The notes below the pieces were generated by a model, which searched no databases, had not been told where the DNA came from, and saw only the letters and a program-made list of their open reading frames with translations. A DNA stretch of 63,959 nt, filler included, from Dirinaria sp. TL-2023a (lineage: Eukaryota), in NCBI GenBank assembly GCA_051941275.1. It is 3 parts of 3 records of this genome, joined end to end, with 100 filler letters (N's around TTAATTAATTAA, not from the genome) between each part and the next. Parts side by side here need not be neighbours in the genome. Positions count along the whole stretch, not along the records: positions 44,989 to 63,959 come from JAVEBF010000357.1; 2 more parts are not named here. One strand, given 5' to 3'. Positions 61,276 to 63,959 of the stretch are shown piece by piece (positions within the stretch are counted from its first letter, which is position 1; the number at the start of each line of letters is the position of its first letter). The translations under genes and the position numbers were made by a program.

Positions 61276-62837
61276 GGCGAAGAGGATCGAGGGTGCTTAT
61301 TCCTCGAGAGATTCGTGAATTTGCGTGTCTGAGCGGCGACTTGAACCTCGAAGGCCTGCAGCCTTGTGGGGAGGAAGATGCTGTGATAATGACAGTTCGT
61401 GCTTCAGCATGAACATACTAGGGAGTGCGGTAAGAATTTGTGGTTTGAGACTTCACATGATGACTTCGCTTCTGGTAGACTTACAAAATCCTCGAGCCGA
61501 TACGGTTCGTGCAGGCTGCTACAAAATTTTCGTGATCAATTCGTGGGAGTATAAGCGAATTTTGGTGTAACAATCTTTGATAATCCGGCGAGGCAGGCCT
61601 TGAGGTGGTCGTGACCCAGTCTTTGGAGTTTACCTCAGGTACTGACAGATGATGTTCGATGGCTCCAGCAGCTGAGGCTGATGCATTGACTGACGATGGT
61701 CCAAGTGGGTGGTCCATTATAAATGTCAGAATCGCCATCATGAGATTCCAGCCTCATCACCGCTCCTTTGACAGAGCAGCAGATAATGGCGACTGTCCTT
61801 TCAAAGGTTGGCTGTACGTCTGCTTGGCTGCACATGTGCAGTGTTTCATTCTCTAGTTCCGGTCTTTGACCTGCACGAGACGGGGTCATTCTCTTGGCAT
61901 TAGGCAAAGCCTTGGCAAAGCCTTGGCACGTGCCTTCATCTCAACTTCCCTCATTCGGTATCTGCACCAGCTTCTTCAAAGAGTGAAGGTCGAACATGCA
62001 TCCAACAAAGGGCAGATTATCGTGATCTTTGCGCAGTGCTACTTCCTAGACATTGCCCTTGCGAGACAAATTTGCGTCTTTCAACAGGGCCAAATTCCCG
62101 GACTCAGAGCCGCACAAAGATCTCTACCGCATCCTTTCAGAGTAGCCGAGACACGTAGGATCTGAGCAAATAGCATCAAACTACATCACAATGATCTTAC
62201 TGAAGGCGATGAAGCACTATGTACTGATCCGTGATAGTATCCTTGTCTTGTTGTCGGTGTCGCAGCCAGCACCAGTAAACCACAGTTATCATGATATGCA
62301 ACGAGATCGGTTCTCACAACACCCTCATAAAATATTCATTGCATGAGAAAGAATACTACAAAGAGTGAAAATCATCAAACAAGAAATTACCGTAGTGCCA
62401 ACGGCAATACATTCCGAGATTAGAATAGCCTGCAAAAGACTATCATCAGTACCTCACCCCCTCTTTCTAGAGCAGCAGACTTGCCAAGCACAAATTCTGC
62501 AGTCTCACGGAGCTCCAGTCATCCAGCCTTTTCGTCATGGAATATTCCTAGAATCTGCGAGGGACACACGCATCGTACAAAAGCCAAAGAGAGTGGTCTA
62601 TTATTGAATGAGAACTACCAAAAACCCTCTACACTCTCGCCCATTACCTTCTCTCAGAAGAAGCCCCTTCTCGCAAAAAAAAAAAAAATCATCAGCACTC
62701 CCCTAGATCGTCCGATCACGATTTCCCACAAGAATGGCATCTGGTAAGGAAAGAAGTCTTTCCACGTGTCCAATACCAGTGACAGTCCATTCCCTGGAAC
62801 TCCCATTTTCGATTTATTCCCTGCCTCTTCTACTCCC

Positions 62838-63113
62838 CTACTCTCGCCGTTTCTCGTCCGCATTTGTCCACATCGCCTTCAAATGCTGCTGTCTCTCTTC
62901 CGCCGCTTTTTTGTCCTCTTCCTCGCGCTGCTTTATTTGCTCGTTTCGTACCTTGTTTTCCTGACAGTGGTCGCACAGTTTGTCAAGGAATTTGAAGGTG
63001 GTTTTTGATTCAGCCTTGCTCCTATCGGAATTTGTTGGCCATTCGCAAGGCGCGATCATCTCAATGCTGACTCCTTCGATGCATTTGTATTTCATTTTCC
63101 GCACATGACACAT
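62838..63113 (-). CDS. Small orphan protein (91 aa) with MC..C..C..CxxC pattern and a charged tail
   Basis: MCHVRKMKYKC..APC..LCDHCQE. A branch/acceptor signal (CTGAT..CTACAG) lies 5 nt before the ATG, suggesting a spliced leader. Confidence 0.5.
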   Translation of the reverse strand: MCHVRKMKYKCIEGVSIEMIAPCEWPTNSDRSKAESKTTFKFLDKLCDHCQENKVRNEQIKQREEEDKKAAEERQQHLKAMWTNADEKRRE

Positions 63114-63959
63114 CCTGCCTGTAGAGGCAATCAGCCACTGGAACACGGATTCTTGGCTTGTTTTGCCGGCTTCCACTCTGCTATGCTCTGTAAATCACTC
63201 CGTTCTAATGCTTTCGTGATCCTTTCAGATCGATTCCCTGAGGTTATTGATGGATTCCTAGCCTTGGGTCGTCGAAGGGAGTAGACCGTGTCCTAGTTTC
63301 GAAAACGAGACTTTGCGGCTGCTGATGATGATATACCTGCTGGTCTGCTTCCATGAAACACTTTCCTCCCCCCCAACAACACTTGATACAGCATCTGGTT
63401 CTTCACAAGATCATAATTCTCTAAGTCTCAAACGATAGAACTCGCACATATCTGCGACGGAAGTTTTGGCTTCGTCTTCATTGCTTCTATCTCCTCGTTT
63501 TCTCTCTTACTCGTACTCAAGTCTCTGACAACAATGAAACAGCCAGTCAAAACCAGTAAAATCCACGAACCTCCTCTAGTTCCTTTGACCCTCGTTCTCT
63601 CCTCCCCCATTCCCAAACCCTCCCTTAAAAAACTTTCGCAACGAGCGCTGAGCATTATCAAACCCTCCTCAACATCCACAAAATCCCTCACTTTCTTAAG
63701 ATACCTCCACAACTCCATCCCCAAACTATTAAAATGTCTTCATAGCCTCAAAGCAAACATAGCGCTCACTCTTCACAAATTGTTTTCATTCCTATACACC
63801 CCAATCCTAACCTTCGCACTTCTCCGCCTTCAAACCATCCCAAAAGATCTTTGATCATGTAACGTCGTTCTGAACTACCAGCGAGTACCTACTAGTCCCG
63901 TGAAATAGTAATATATTAGCTACATACAGTAATTTATAAATCTACATCCTATGTATTAG

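Overview
Intron-rich, gene-dense DNA from a filamentous ascomycete. Pezizomycotina is inferred from protein and intron style; a Eurotiomycete-like origin is an unverified impression. About 24 protein-coding loci can be reconstructed by splicing the ORF fragments by eye. In order: a 2OG-Fe(II) oxygenase 3' end, ERV1, a two-RRM nucleolar protein, a sugar porter, a membrane-anchored aspartic pseudo-protease, a C2H2 TF, a small membrane protein, COP1, a ferric reductase, a TBC Rab-GAP, a hypothetical protein, yippee, a 13-exon Zn-ADH, a 3xKH protein, a PAS-type kinase, an Msg5/Pmp1-like phosphatase, PSO2, a frameshifted GMC oxidoreductase, LSM2, an SH3BGR-like protein, a DUF1115-like protein, a phosphate-symporter-family MFS and two small orphans. 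Two artificial N44-TTAATTAATTAA-N44 linkers split the window into three contigs. No rRNA, tRNA, CRISPR or recognisable transposon was seen. I found no clear-cut novel system. The best leads are: a quasi-periodic 15-nt motif array upstream of the C2H2 TF; a high frequency of GC-AG introns; a KH-protein/MAPK-phosphatase neighbourhood recalling S. pombe Rnc1-Pmp1; a catalytically dead receptor-like aspartic protease; a recurring TACC/GGTA promoter element; and the GMC frameshift with an atypical active site. All exon boundaries were read manually and are not transcript-validated.
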